Positions 48,306 to 56,833 of a stretch of DNA of 64,000 nucleotides are shown here, in pieces (the first letter of the stretch is position 1; each line of letters opens with the position of its first letter). Both the position numbers and the translations under genes were made by a program. The notes beneath the pieces were generated by a model that worked only from the letters and a program-made list of their open reading frames with translations, had not been told where the DNA came from and did not search any database. Origin of the DNA: a virus; IMG/VR virus record IMGVR_UViG_3300045988_184160, positions 107,260-171,259 of that record; one strand, given 5' to 3'.

Positions 48306-48800
48306 TTAGAGCCCTAGAATATCTCTGATGATCTGCGCGGCTTCACGCTTATCAACATCTGACCTGTTTTTCAGGTGCCCCATAATCAACCCGATAGCTT
48401 TCTTGTCGCCAGCTAGAGAACCATTTTCTTCTTCTAAGCCAGCGATGATGTTCCCGATAAGCTCCCGCGCCTGTTCTGTGGTGAGCATTTTGGGGAGGAC
48501 GGTTTCGATGAGGTTAGCTTCTAGTTCCCTCTGGTCTGCGTATTCGCTCTGCCCGTTGTTTCTTGCGGTTTCGGCGAGTTCCCTGCGGGCTGCCACAGCG
48601 TTTCTGACGATTTTCTGAACATCAGCGTCGGTGAAACTGTACGCGGTGTTTTTGCGTTCCGCTAGTTCCCATGCGGCGCGTGATGCTTTCTCAATGTCGT
48701 CGAGTACACCGTTGAGAACTTTCACTGATTTGTGGTCTTTGGTGCGGCGCGCACTGTCTCTGAGATTTTCTACTTTCTGCTGGGTGCTCAATGTCCCCAT
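48306..48800 (-). CDS. GatB/YqeY-domain protein
   Basis: LEANLIETVLPKMLTTEQARELI...AIGLIMGHLKNRSDVDKREAAQII resembles the YqeY C-terminal pattern. ATG at 48800. Confidence 0.7.
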   Translation of the reverse strand: MGTLSTQQKVENLRDSARRTKDHKSVKVLNGVLDDIEKASRAAWELAERKNTAYSFTDADVQKIVRNAVAARRELAETARNNGQSEYADQRELEANLIETVLPKMLTTEQARELIGNIIAGLEEENGSLAGDKKAIGLIMGHLKNRSDVDKREAAQIIRDILGL

Positions 48801-48900
48801 TATGGTTTCCTTTTCTTGGGCTTCTTCTGGGTGTGGGAATGTTGTTCCGTGTACTCCCACCAGCCTAGTGTAACACCTGCAGAGGCTCGGGTGGGCGCGG

Positions 48901-49392
48901 CTAGCTGTTTCCCTTTAGGATACTGAGCGCTATCTGGTGCGCCGCCGTGTTGTCGATGTCTGCCCTGCCTACTAGGTTTTTCATGATTTGCCCGAGCGCG
49001 GTTTTTGTGGTTGTGTCGATGCACTGGGTTTTGATGATGTGGTGGATGAGTTGGCGGGTTTGTTTCGGGGTTTTGAGGGGTGGGAGTACTGATTCGAGGA
49101 TTTTGATTTCTTTGTCTATGAGCGTGCTGAACTCTTTGTTGCCTCCTCGGAGGGCTGCTTCTTGGAGGTCTTTTCGGGGTTGGATGGTTTTTTCTATGGC
49201 GCGGCGTTTGTCGTTTTCGGTGGGTTGGGTGTTGGGGAGTTTTTGGATGTTGTTGATTGCTTCTTGGATGATGGATGCGGTTTTGTGGTCGTTGTGGGTG
49301 TGGGCGCATTGTTGGAGTTGGGTGAGTTGTTGTTCTAGGGGCATGGGTTTTTCTCCTGGGTTGTGTGGTTGGTTGTTGGGTTGTTTTTTCAT
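48901..49392 (-). CDS. divergent second GatB/YqeY-like protein
   Basis: KEIKILESVLPPLKTPKQTRQLI...ALGQIMKNLVGRADIDNTAAHQIA. The coding strand is extremely A+C-rich. Confidence 0.55.
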   Translation of the reverse strand: MKKQPNNQPHNPGEKPMPLEQQLTQLQQCAHTHNDHKTASIIQEAINNIQKLPNTQPTENDKRRAIEKTIQPRKDLQEAALRGGNKEFSTLIDKEIKILESVLPPLKTPKQTRQLIHHIIKTQCIDTTTKTALGQIMKNLVGRADIDNTAAHQIALSILKGNS

Positions 49393-49585
49393 TGTCTCAT
49401 ATTTTAGGTTTAAGTTTAAGTTGAATGTTTGATGGGGTGTTACTCACATAAAATCAAACCTAAAAATAATAACAGAAAACCCCACCCCAACCACAAAACC
49501 CCCAAATTTGAACAACAACAAAACATGCACTAAAATTAAACACACAAGCCAAAACCACAGGGGATACAACCCCAGAAAGAACACC

Positions 49586-49786
49586 ATGAAAATCATCGAC
49601 ACAATAGCCGCCGCAGCACAAGCATTCTTCGGAATCGTCATCGGCGGAGCAGGAATCATCCTCACCATCACCATTATCTTCCGGCTAAGCCCAACCATCC
49701 CACTCACAACACCCGTAGGATACCTCATTGTCACAACCATCATGGCCGTCTACGGAGCTGCAAACATCATCCACGCACTCAAATAA
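49586..49786 (+). CDS. small two-TM membrane protein
   Basis: MKIIDTIAAAAQAFFGIVIGGAGIILTITIIF... Confidence 0.4.
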   Translation: MKIIDTIAAAAQAFFGIVIGGAGIILTITIIFRLSPTIPLTTPVGYLIVTTIMAVYGAANIIHALK

Positions 49787-49808
49787 AAACCAGAAAGGAA
49801 AAACAACC

Positions 49809-50075
49809 ATGCGACCCCATGACACCCACATCATCGAAGAACCCATCAAAGAAAACCACACAAAAATCTCAGCAGAATGCATCGACTGCAAAACACAAGG
49901 ACTCTCCTACGGAGACAACCCAGCAGGCATCATCGCCTCCACCGAAACCCCAAACTCTGAAACTGACGAAGGCACCTTCAATAAAAACTTCGCGCTTGTT
50001 GCAACTATCATGATCAACCACAGTAACACTAATCACACACCCAAGCCAAGCATGTGGAAGGGAAAATCTAGGTAA
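49809..50075 (+). CDS. hypothetical small protein
   Basis: ATG 49809 follows AAAGGAAAAA. Confidence 0.4.
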   Translation: MRPHDTHIIEEPIKENHTKISAECIDCKTQGLSYGDNPAGIIASTETPNSETDEGTFNKNFALVATIMINHSNTNHTPKPSMWKGKSR

Positions 50076-50090
50076 TCACAAGAAACCAAA

Positions 50091-50120
50091 AAAGAGGCGG
50101 TAAATTAACACCGCCTCTTT
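50091..50120. terminator. bidirectional stem-loop
   Basis: AAAGAGGCGGT / CACCGCCTCTTT. Confidence 0.6.
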
Positions 50121-50129
50121 CTTCATGCT

Positions 50130-50882
50130 CTAAGAACCACCCCGAATATGATCACCATCCACCATCAACTCATGCTTCGGTTCCCACCATGTTTCCAAAC
50201 GCACAATGTTCGTGGAATAACCCGCATAAGAATTAACCCAAGGTTCCAGATATTCGCATTTCTGGGTGGGCTTGAAAACCATGTTCTCTTCATGCTTTTC
50301 TAGGCTATAGTGGGAAGACCTTCCAAGCAGCATAATAATCCTGCTACCCGCATTGGGGAACACTAAAGCGGCATGGAAAACGTGAGGCACCTCAAGATTA
50401 TTCGGGTACGGGATCACCAGACCCCGCATCATATTAGGAAGCAGGTTATCTTTGAACGTCTCAGCGGTAGCTTCCAGCGTGACTGTTGATTCTATCCCGA
50501 CACGAGTCACATATACTGTCATCATCCCAGTGTCATCTATCATCCCAGCCTTCTCTATCACACTAGGAATGCTTGAAGTCATACCACTATCCCAAGAGCG
50601 CAGAGTTATACTAGTAGCCCAACCATAATCATCATATGCGTAGACAGGAGAATGCCCACACCTGCCGTCAAGCCCGATATTCCCGTTCGCACCAACAGCG
50701 TTAGCGTACACCCGCACACGCGACAGGTGCTCCTTATCGTTACCGACCCACAGGGTGTCCGGTAGCGAATCGAAAACAATAGGATCCCGCAGTTCCGTGT
50801 AGTGGATATTCTTCCAGACGGTAGCCATGTGCTCCTGGTCTGTCCCATCAAAGAACGGGTAGAGGGGGGTGTCTTCTTTCAT
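50130..50882 (-). CDS. hypothetical protein
   Basis: 250 aa. Its start overlaps the upstream stop (ATGA). Confidence 0.55.
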   Translation of the reverse strand: MKEDTPLYPFFDGTDQEHMATVWKNIHYTELRDPIVFDSLPDTLWVGNDKEHLSRVRVYANAVGANGNIGLDGRCGHSPVYAYDDYGWATSITLRSWDSGMTSSIPSVIEKAGMIDDTGMMTVYVTRVGIESTVTLEATAETFKDNLLPNMMRGLVIPYPNNLEVPHVFHAALVFPNAGSRIIMLLGRSSHYSLEKHEENMVFKPTQKCEYLEPWVNSYAGYSTNIVRLETWWEPKHELMVDGDHIRGGS

Positions 50883-51379
50883 TGTTTTCTACTTTCTGGT
50901 GCGTCGAAAATATGCGGGTGAAGGGCTTCTTCTGGGAACCGTTCAGCAACGAAGTACAAGCGGGTGTGGAGGGCACCAAGGTCATGGATGAACCCAGAGA
51001 AGCACTCCCTTAGTTTGTCCCAAAGGATTGTTTCATCCCCGTAGTATCCTTGGAGGCGCACAATATTCCGCAGAGCCACGAGGAACATGTGCAGCAGCTC
51101 GGCGTGGAAAACGTCATTCTTACGCCTGCTCGCGGCGTGGAGGATTTTCGTCATGTTAACCATGAACCCTTGAGGGACATTTATAGGCTTGACGCCTGCG
51201 CTAAGGACGTACTCTTCAACCCCTGCCCGCGCCAGACGGTAATCGTCCTTCAAACCCCTCACTGGTGCTAGCCACAAGCACGCTAGAACTTTATTCAACG
51301 GCTCGGGTAGCACCCCAGTGAGGTTTTCAAGGTGCGCACCCCCAATAGTTGGGGTGTCCTGGTATTCACTATTCATCAC
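50879..51379 (-). CDS. hypothetical protein
   Basis: 166 aa. Overlaps the upstream gene by 11 nt. Confidence 0.55.
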   Translation of the reverse strand: MMNSEYQDTPTIGGAHLENLTGVLPEPLNKVLACLWLAPVRGLKDDYRLARAGVEEYVLSAGVKPINVPQGFMVNMTKILHAASRRKNDVFHAELLHMFLVALRNIVRLQGYYGDETILWDKLRECFSGFIHDLGALHTRLYFVAERFPEEALHPHIFDAPESRKQ

Positions 51380-51779
51380 TAAAAACAGCTCGAATCAAAT
51401 CGTTCTTAGCGTCCTCCAATGCCCTCCAATGGTGGTAAAGTTTCCCTTGAGGATCGGAGAGTGCTGCTTTCCTGCATGCGCGCCCAGCATCTAAAAATTT
51501 TTTTAATTCTTCTGGATGTTGATAGCAACGATTTCGCATTTCTGAAAGGGAAATAGGGAAAGGGAGTTCTGATTCATAAATGCAGGCATAGTTCCAGTAA
51601 GTTTTCCAAGCGGGTGAAAGCGTGCACATTGCATTGTTGCGCAGGCGAACGATGTGATCGTTCATCTCTAGCCCAATACGTTCAGGTGCAAGACCGGACA
51701 CATAGTAATATCCGATATTGAACTTGAATGTATGTAATCGCATACCGTTATTTACGGTTTTCTTTTTATGCCAAAACAT
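51369..51779 (-). CDS. hypothetical protein
   Basis: 136-aa ORF. Confidence 0.5.
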   Translation of the reverse strand: MFWHKKKTVNNGMRLHTFKFNIGYYYVSGLAPERIGLEMNDHIVRLRNNAMCTLSPAWKTYWNYACIYESELPFPISLSEMRNRCYQHPEELKKFLDAGRACRKAALSDPQGKLYHHWRALEDAKNDLIRAVFSDE

Positions 51780-51824
51780 GCCGTGTATTCCTTGAATACC
51801 TTATGGTTTGTGGGTTACTTGTTA

Positions 51825-52088
51825 TCAGGGGCGCTTAGCATGCTCCCAATCACAGGAAACAGCTACATCGCTCCCATTCCCACTGTTCGCGTTAGCAGTC
51901 ACACAGTACACTTCAAAACCAGATTTTTCGTACTTGTCTAGGCAGCTGATCGCCTGCCCATGTATGCCACTGCTTCCGCATACATGTTGATCTCCACGCC
52001 CACCACCGTCAGCGCCAGCTCCGGTCATGGAGGTGATGGTGAGGATTACTGCTACTGCTGCTAGTGATTGTCCGATTTTTTTACGCAT
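51825..52088 (-). CDS. small secreted four-Cys protein
   Basis: Signal peptide MRKKIGQSLAAVAVILTITSMTGAGA. The mature part is about 60 aa with four Cys. Confidence 0.5.
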   Translation of the reverse strand: MRKKIGQSLAAVAVILTITSMTGAGADGGGRGDQHVCGSSGIHGQAISCLDKYEKSGFEVYCVTANANSGNGSDVAVSCDWEHAKRP

Positions 52089-52148
52089 TTTTGTTGCTCC
52101 TGTCTATTTTTTGTTTCTGGTTTGGGTAAGTGTACGGGGCTGGTTTCT

Positions 52149-52262
52149 TTAGATACCTAGCTGCCCGAGGATGATTGCTAGGATAATGAATCCTGCGGCG
52201 AGCGCCCATCCGATCATGATTGCGGTGTCGTTAGCTGGTTCAGGTTTCTTATGGGGGGGCAT
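52149..52262 (-). CDS. possible 37-aa single-TM peptide (not in ORF track)
   Basis: Hand translation gives MPPHKKPEPANDTAIMIGWALAAGFIILAIILGQLGI. Confidence 0.3.
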   Translation of the reverse strand: MPPHKKPEPANDTAIMIGWALAAGFIILAIILGQLGI

Positions 52263-52459
52263 TTCTTGTTCCCTTCAGTAGTTGCTGGTTTGTTTTCTGG
52301 TTTTTCTGATGTCACCACCATAAAGCATAGTTCTACTGAAAGTCAAGCAGGCACTATGTTTCGGCGTTTCAGATGGTTGTCTCTAGGGTGGTTTTCGGGT
52401 GTTCTTCTCTGGTAGGATGTGGGTGTACATTACACTCAACAACCAAGAAAAGAGCGACC

Positions 52460-52834
52460 ATGACAGCCACCAAATACGTCGGGAAAATGCGCACCCCAGA
52501 AGACGCGGCGCGCTCGCTCGGGGTAACCCTATCCCAGCTAGACACCCTAGCGGACAACAATAAGATCCTTCGTCTCACCAACGCGCACGGGCAGACTGGG
52601 TATCCCGTGTTTCAGTTCGATAGGAACGGTATCAACCCCATTGTCCAGCGGGTAGTAAACACCCTGCTCAGTGGCGGGTACGACCCGTGGACTGTTGCTT
52701 TCTGGGTTTACCGCCCGTCAAGGGTTTGGGGTGGGTTGAACGCGATTGATTACATGTCATTATCAGAGGAGCACAAGGCGCGCGTCATTCTTTGCGCCGA
52801 GACAGACGCGGCTAACCTGTTAGCTAACCCCTAA
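52460..52834 (+). CDS. HTH protein resembling Xre/MbcA/ParS-type (DUF2384-like) antitoxins
   Basis: ATG 52460. N-terminal HTH-like RTPEDAARSLGVTLSQLDTLADNNKILRL, then GYPVFQF and a C-terminal helical domain. Confidence 0.5.
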   Translation: MTATKYVGKMRTPEDAARSLGVTLSQLDTLADNNKILRLTNAHGQTGYPVFQFDRNGINPIVQRVVNTLLSGGYDPWTVAFWVYRPSRVWGGLNAIDYMSLSEEHKARVILCAETDAANLLANP

Positions 52835-53020
52835 AAAGAAAGAACACCACAAAATGAGTATCGCCAACCCGCGCCGTATCAACCCCAACACGATCAGTAA
52901 AGCCCTCACCAGTGCAGGACTCGGATGGGATAACGTTATCTGTTACGGGTACTACGGGTCACAGGCAGACGGTACGCTAAGAAGCGTCACACAGAAATTG
53001 ATGGTGCCGATGTTAGGCTC

Positions 53021-53515
53021 ATGTCCTATGAGAATATCAGGGCAGAGTTCAAAGGCATGTTTGACGTGTTCTGGCTACACAACTTCGTGTACGCCCGTCC
53101 CGACGGGACGGTTCACCCATACGCGGATTATGTTGCGAACACTAGACTGAATGCTTGGGAGTGCGCGGATTCACTGTTCAAAGCAGTTGTTCACAATATT
53201 GGTTTCACCGTGAAAAAAGTGGGGGAATACCACGCCAACCCCACTGACTTGAACAGGGTCAAAGTGCACAAAACAGTGAAACGAGTGTTCAAGCACCAGT
53301 TCGTGTACCTGAAAATTGAGCAGCACCTCACCTCAACTACAGGGGAATATCACCCAGTTTTCACCGAGCAGGAAAGACGGCAGCTGCTCAACTCCGCAGA
53401 AGAAGCAACACAGTGTATTCTGGATAACGGGTGTGACCCCATCGAAATATTAGGGCGATACTCACCCGACCAAGCACTATTTGAGCACGCTCTATCCGTT
53501 TACACGAGACACTAG
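53021..53515 (+). CDS. hypothetical protein, possibly the 3' part of a frameshifted gene that starts at 52854
   Basis: Its frame is open from 52934 and overlaps ORF 52854..53150. See the finding at 52460-53515. Confidence 0.5.
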   Translation: MSYENIRAEFKGMFDVFWLHNFVYARPDGTVHPYADYVANTRLNAWECADSLFKAVVHNIGFTVKKVGEYHANPTDLNRVKVHKTVKRVFKHQFVYLKIEQHLTSTTGEYHPVFTEQERRQLLNSAEEATQCILDNGCDPIEILGRYSPDQALFEHALSVYTRH

Positions 53516-53546
53516 AACCCATATCCAACCCACATTAGGAGACCCC

Positions 53547-53918
53547 ATGAAACGCCTCGTAGCGACCACTGCCGCCATGACACTCATCGCACTACTAGCC
53601 AGCTTAGCGGGCTGCAGCACACCCAAACAGCAGGACGCGCAGATGTGTGACATCAGCTCCGCAAGGTCAGAAATGCAGATCGAGGTCAGGGGGTACGACC
53701 CGAACGACCCGTCAGGCGCGATAACACGCTTCGAATGGAGGGAATACGGTAAGTACAACAACCCAGATGAGGGCTGGGTTCCGCATGAGGGGCACCCTGA
53801 GGATTCGGATAAGCCTTATTCGTATAGGGAAACTGAGGATAAGGTGAAGATCGCGTGTGACGATAAGGCTGCTTCGCCTGTGCATGAGTATAGTGAGAAA
53901 ATTTTTGTGAAGAAGTGA
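53547..53918 (+). CDS. lipoprotein, paralog of 44720..45169
   Basis: ATG 53547, lipobox SLAGC, and FEWREYGKYNNPDEGWV. Confidence 0.65.
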   Translation: MKRLVATTAAMTLIALLASLAGCSTPKQQDAQMCDISSARSEMQIEVRGYDPNDPSGAITRFEWREYGKYNNPDEGWVPHEGHPEDSDKPYSYRETEDKVKIACDDKAASPVHEYSEKIFVKK

Positions 53919-53926
53919 CCATAACA

Positions 53927-53971
53927 GTGGGGCGTAACTGACAGGATAAAAACCTGAAAGTTACGCCCCAC
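53927..53971. terminator. bidirectional stem-loop
   Basis: GTGGGGCGTAACT / AGTTACGCCCCAC; 13-bp perfect stem. Confidence 0.6.
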
Positions 53972-53992
53972 CGTCTTCGTTCAAGCCCCTTC

Positions 53993-54811
53993 CTACCCCT
54001 CGGGCAGACAAGAAATCACATACGCCTTACTATTTAAATTACTGTAATCCTCAATCACCACAATATGCAGCACACGAGTAGACCCGCGCCCAGCTTCAAT
54101 GAGCCTGTCCACACTCAAATCTCCGTGCTGCAGGAGCGACTTCTGCGCGACCTTCCAGAACGTGATCGTATCATTATTATTGGACACATGCACAGGGTCA
54201 CCCACCCTGCACCCGAGCGCTAAAGCGCACGCACTGTACTCATTCAACGCCTTATTCTTGAGAACACCCGTGAGTACCGTGGTACCAGTCTCCGATTCAA
54301 TAACGGGAAGCTGCTTCGTAGACGCAAAATATTCTGCTGAGGTAGGCAAACCAACCAGCCGGTTCTGCGGGTTGCCTGCCCGTGACGCTTCCCCAAGGTT
54401 TTTCAGCTCTTCGTCATTCACGACCCTGTTTTCTTCTTTAGGGTCATGTTCGATATTTACAGTGAGGGTTGGGAACGTGATGAAGTTCTTGTAGAACCCC
54501 GCGTAGTTTGAGGTGTCGTAGTCGGAGACCCTGTTGGGGGTTTTCTCGATTTGCTTGATTTTATTCCCTGAGTCCCAGTCCTGCAGGATCGTTACTTTCC
54601 GTTTGACGGTCAGGTCAGATTTTTTGATTTCCCCGTCGGGCGTGTATTCTCTGACGTATTTTTCTTTGATGTCCTGCCCCGACAGCATGGGGGATAGGTT
54701 TTGGTGCTCTGCGGGGTCTGGGGGTGTGGCGCAGGACGCGAGTAGTGCGGTTAGTCCTGTTGCGGTTGCGCCGATGAGGGTGTGCCGGCGGGTTATTTTG
54801 GTGTTGTGCAT
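53993..54811 (-). CDS. exported lipoprotein (possible Tat signal), function unknown
   Basis: ITRRHTLIGATATGLTALLASC combines a twin-Arg-like motif with a lipobox. Confidence 0.6.
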   Translation of the reverse strand: MHNTKITRRHTLIGATATGLTALLASCATPPDPAEHQNLSPMLSGQDIKEKYVREYTPDGEIKKSDLTVKRKVTILQDWDSGNKIKQIEKTPNRVSDYDTSNYAGFYKNFITFPTLTVNIEHDPKEENRVVNDEELKNLGEASRAGNPQNRLVGLPTSAEYFASTKQLPVIESETGTTVLTGVLKNKALNEYSACALALGCRVGDPVHVSNNNDTITFWKVAQKSLLQHGDLSVDRLIEAGRGSTRVLHIVVIEDYSNLNSKAYVISCLPEG

Positions 54812-55054
54812 GGTGTTGCCTGCTTTCTGTGTCTGGTTTTTCCGTGGTGGTTGGTTGCCCTAAGGGTATCATATACCGCCGCCGTTTTGTTTTGCGGTAT
54901 CCATCAGGTATAAATATTTTCTGCTGCACATATTTCTGCAGAAACTTTGGTGGTGAACATTAAAAACAAAGTGCGCCCCGCCAGCACCACCAAAACCCAG
55001 CTGGCGTGACACACCAACCAACCCGCAAACAAAAACAAAAAGGAAGCAGGTACA

Positions 55055-56656
55055 ATGCGTAAAACCGCGAAACTATCACACAAGCTCATCGCAAGCACCG
55101 CAGCCGCAGGGTCAATGCTATCAGCCGTGGTTATCCCCGCAGCCAACGCAACCGAACAAACACCATCCCCCGCACCAGAAACCAGTGCCGCAAGCACACC
55201 CGCACCAGAGAACACCACCCCACCCGTACCAGCTGACGTGCAGCAGCAAGCCGAGCAGGCTCAGAAACTCCTTGAGCAAGACGGTGTTGAAACCCACACC
55301 GACGGGAAAGAAACCCAGCCCAGCAAAACCCCAAAAAACAGTATCCCAGGGCTTGGCGGGAACTCCCCTTTTAGGGCGCGCCCACAAGCCACTGGTGTGC
55401 CGAACTGGGGTATCCCAGGTGCGGACGTGTCCTCCCACCAAGGCAACGTGGACTGGGCACACCAGAAACGTCTCGGCGCGCGCTGGGCGTCAGTGAAAGC
55501 CACGGAAGGGCTCTACTACAAGAACCCCTACTTCGGGCAGCAGTACGGCGGCTCCTACGACCAAGGACTAGACCACGGGGCTTACCACTTCGGTATCCCC
55601 ACACAGGACGCTCGGCAGCAAGCTAGGTTCTTCGTCGCTAACGGTGGCGGGTGGTCCCCTGACGGGCGCACCAAACCAGGTATGCTAGACCTAGAATACA
55701 ATCCTTACGGTCACATCTGCTATGGACAAACAAAAACCCAGACGCTAAACTGGATCAGGGACTTCGCAGACGAATACAAGAGGCTAACAAGCCGCTACCC
55801 AACCCTGTACTCCACAACCGATTGGCTCAACACCTGCGTGGGGGATATGACACCCGTTAACCACCTGGGGCTCTGGGTTGCTAACTATTCGTCAGGCCCA
55901 GGTAGGATGCCTGTCGGGTACACCAACTTCGACATCTGGCAGTCCTCATCAGCTGGGCCTTTCACGGGGGACTCAAATGTTTTCCGAGGCACAGATCAAG
56001 AATATAAGGACTACCTAGTGAATCCTTCATGGATGAGCACCACCTGGCGGGACCAGCACCCGCAGCACAGCACCCCAGTGCAAGAGACATCCGCACAGAA
56101 ACCAACTGAGAAGGCTGGGCACTTCTGGGATGTCCCCGCGAACCACCAGTTCTACACTGATATTGAGTGGGCAGCAAACAAAGGTATCGTCAAAGGCTGG
56201 GACGACGGTCACTTCCGCCCCGAAGCGCAAGCTGAAAGGCAAGCTATCGCCGCGTTCTTCTACCGTATGGCTGGTGAGCCTGAGGTGAAACTCCCCGCGT
56301 CCTCACCGTTCAAGGACGTATCACCAAGCGACCCGTTCTACAAGGAGATCGTGTGGATGTCCCAGCAGGGCATCACCCTCGGCTGGGAAGATGGGACGTT
56401 CCGCCCACACGATCCGGTGAGCCGTGAGGCTATGGCGGCGTTCTTCTACCGTTTCGCTGGTAGTCCCAGCGTGACCGCACAGACCACTTTCAACGATGTG
56501 CGCCCCGCATCCACCCAGTTCTATAAGGAGATCAGCTGGCTACAATCCACTGGTATCACCACAGGCTGGACGGATGGCACGTTCCGCCCGTATGCGCCTG
56601 TGGAGCGTGGAGCTATCGCGGCGTTCATGCACCGTTACGATAATGTGAAAAAGTAG
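55055..56656 (+). CDS. GH25 muramidase (lysozyme) with three C-terminal SLH domains
   Basis: Signal peptide. GH25 motifs GADVSSHQGNVDW, KATEG, GAYHF, LDLEYNP and FDIWQSSS. Then three repeats of F.DV....FY.EI.W....GI..GW.DG.FRP. Confidence 0.85.
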   Translation: MRKTAKLSHKLIASTAAAGSMLSAVVIPAANATEQTPSPAPETSAASTPAPENTTPPVPADVQQQAEQAQKLLEQDGVETHTDGKETQPSKTPKNSIPGLGGNSPFRARPQATGVPNWGIPGADVSSHQGNVDWAHQKRLGARWASVKATEGLYYKNPYFGQQYGGSYDQGLDHGAYHFGIPTQDARQQARFFVANGGGWSPDGRTKPGMLDLEYNPYGHICYGQTKTQTLNWIRDFADEYKRLTSRYPTLYSTTDWLNTCVGDMTPVNHLGLWVANYSSGPGRMPVGYTNFDIWQSSSAGPFTGDSNVFRGTDQEYKDYLVNPSWMSTTWRDQHPQHSTPVQETSAQKPTEKAGHFWDVPANHQFYTDIEWAANKGIVKGWDDGHFRPEAQAERQAIAAFFYRMAGEPEVKLPASSPFKDVSPSDPFYKEIVWMSQQGITLGWEDGTFRPHDPVSREAMAAFFYRFAGSPSVTAQTTFNDVRPASTQFYKEISWLQSTGITTGWTDGTFRPYAPVERGAIAAFMHRYDNVKK

Positions 56657-56682
56657 AGTGCGGGTCATTCACGTTTGTGTGG

Positions 56683-56688
56683 TACACT
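56683..56688 (+). promoter_or_regulatory. extended -10 element TGgTACACT
   Basis: TGG followed by TACACT. The same motif recurs at 57752-57760. Confidence 0.35.
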
Positions 56689-56755
56689 AGATATTAGTTC
56701 CAGGGCGACCTGAGCTGAAGAAGAAAATTAATATTTATAGCAAATGTTCATCAAG

Positions 56756-56796
56756 ACGGGGCTTTGGGTTTTGCACCTAAGGCCCCGTTCTTGTTG
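56756..56796 (+). terminator. leader stem-loop upstream of 56834
   Basis: ACGGGGCTTTGGGT / GCACCTAAGGCCCCGT (about 14 bp including wobbles) followed by TCTTGTTG. Confidence 0.45.
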
Positions 56797-56833
56797 CCGG
56801 ATAAAGAACTTTTCGTGAAGGAAACAACGAACT

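Noticed and set aside
48800-49309. 169-aa P/H/R/Q-rich ORF on the minus strand.
   Set aside because: It is an alternative frame of the A+C-rich YqeY-like gene 48901..49392. The low-complexity product is a by-product of the skewed composition.
53993-54811. Considered a second sortase because of the C-terminal ...AYVISCLPEG.
   Set aside because: It has no sortase His motif or TLxTC context, and it has a lipoprotein/Tat-like signal instead of a TM anchor.
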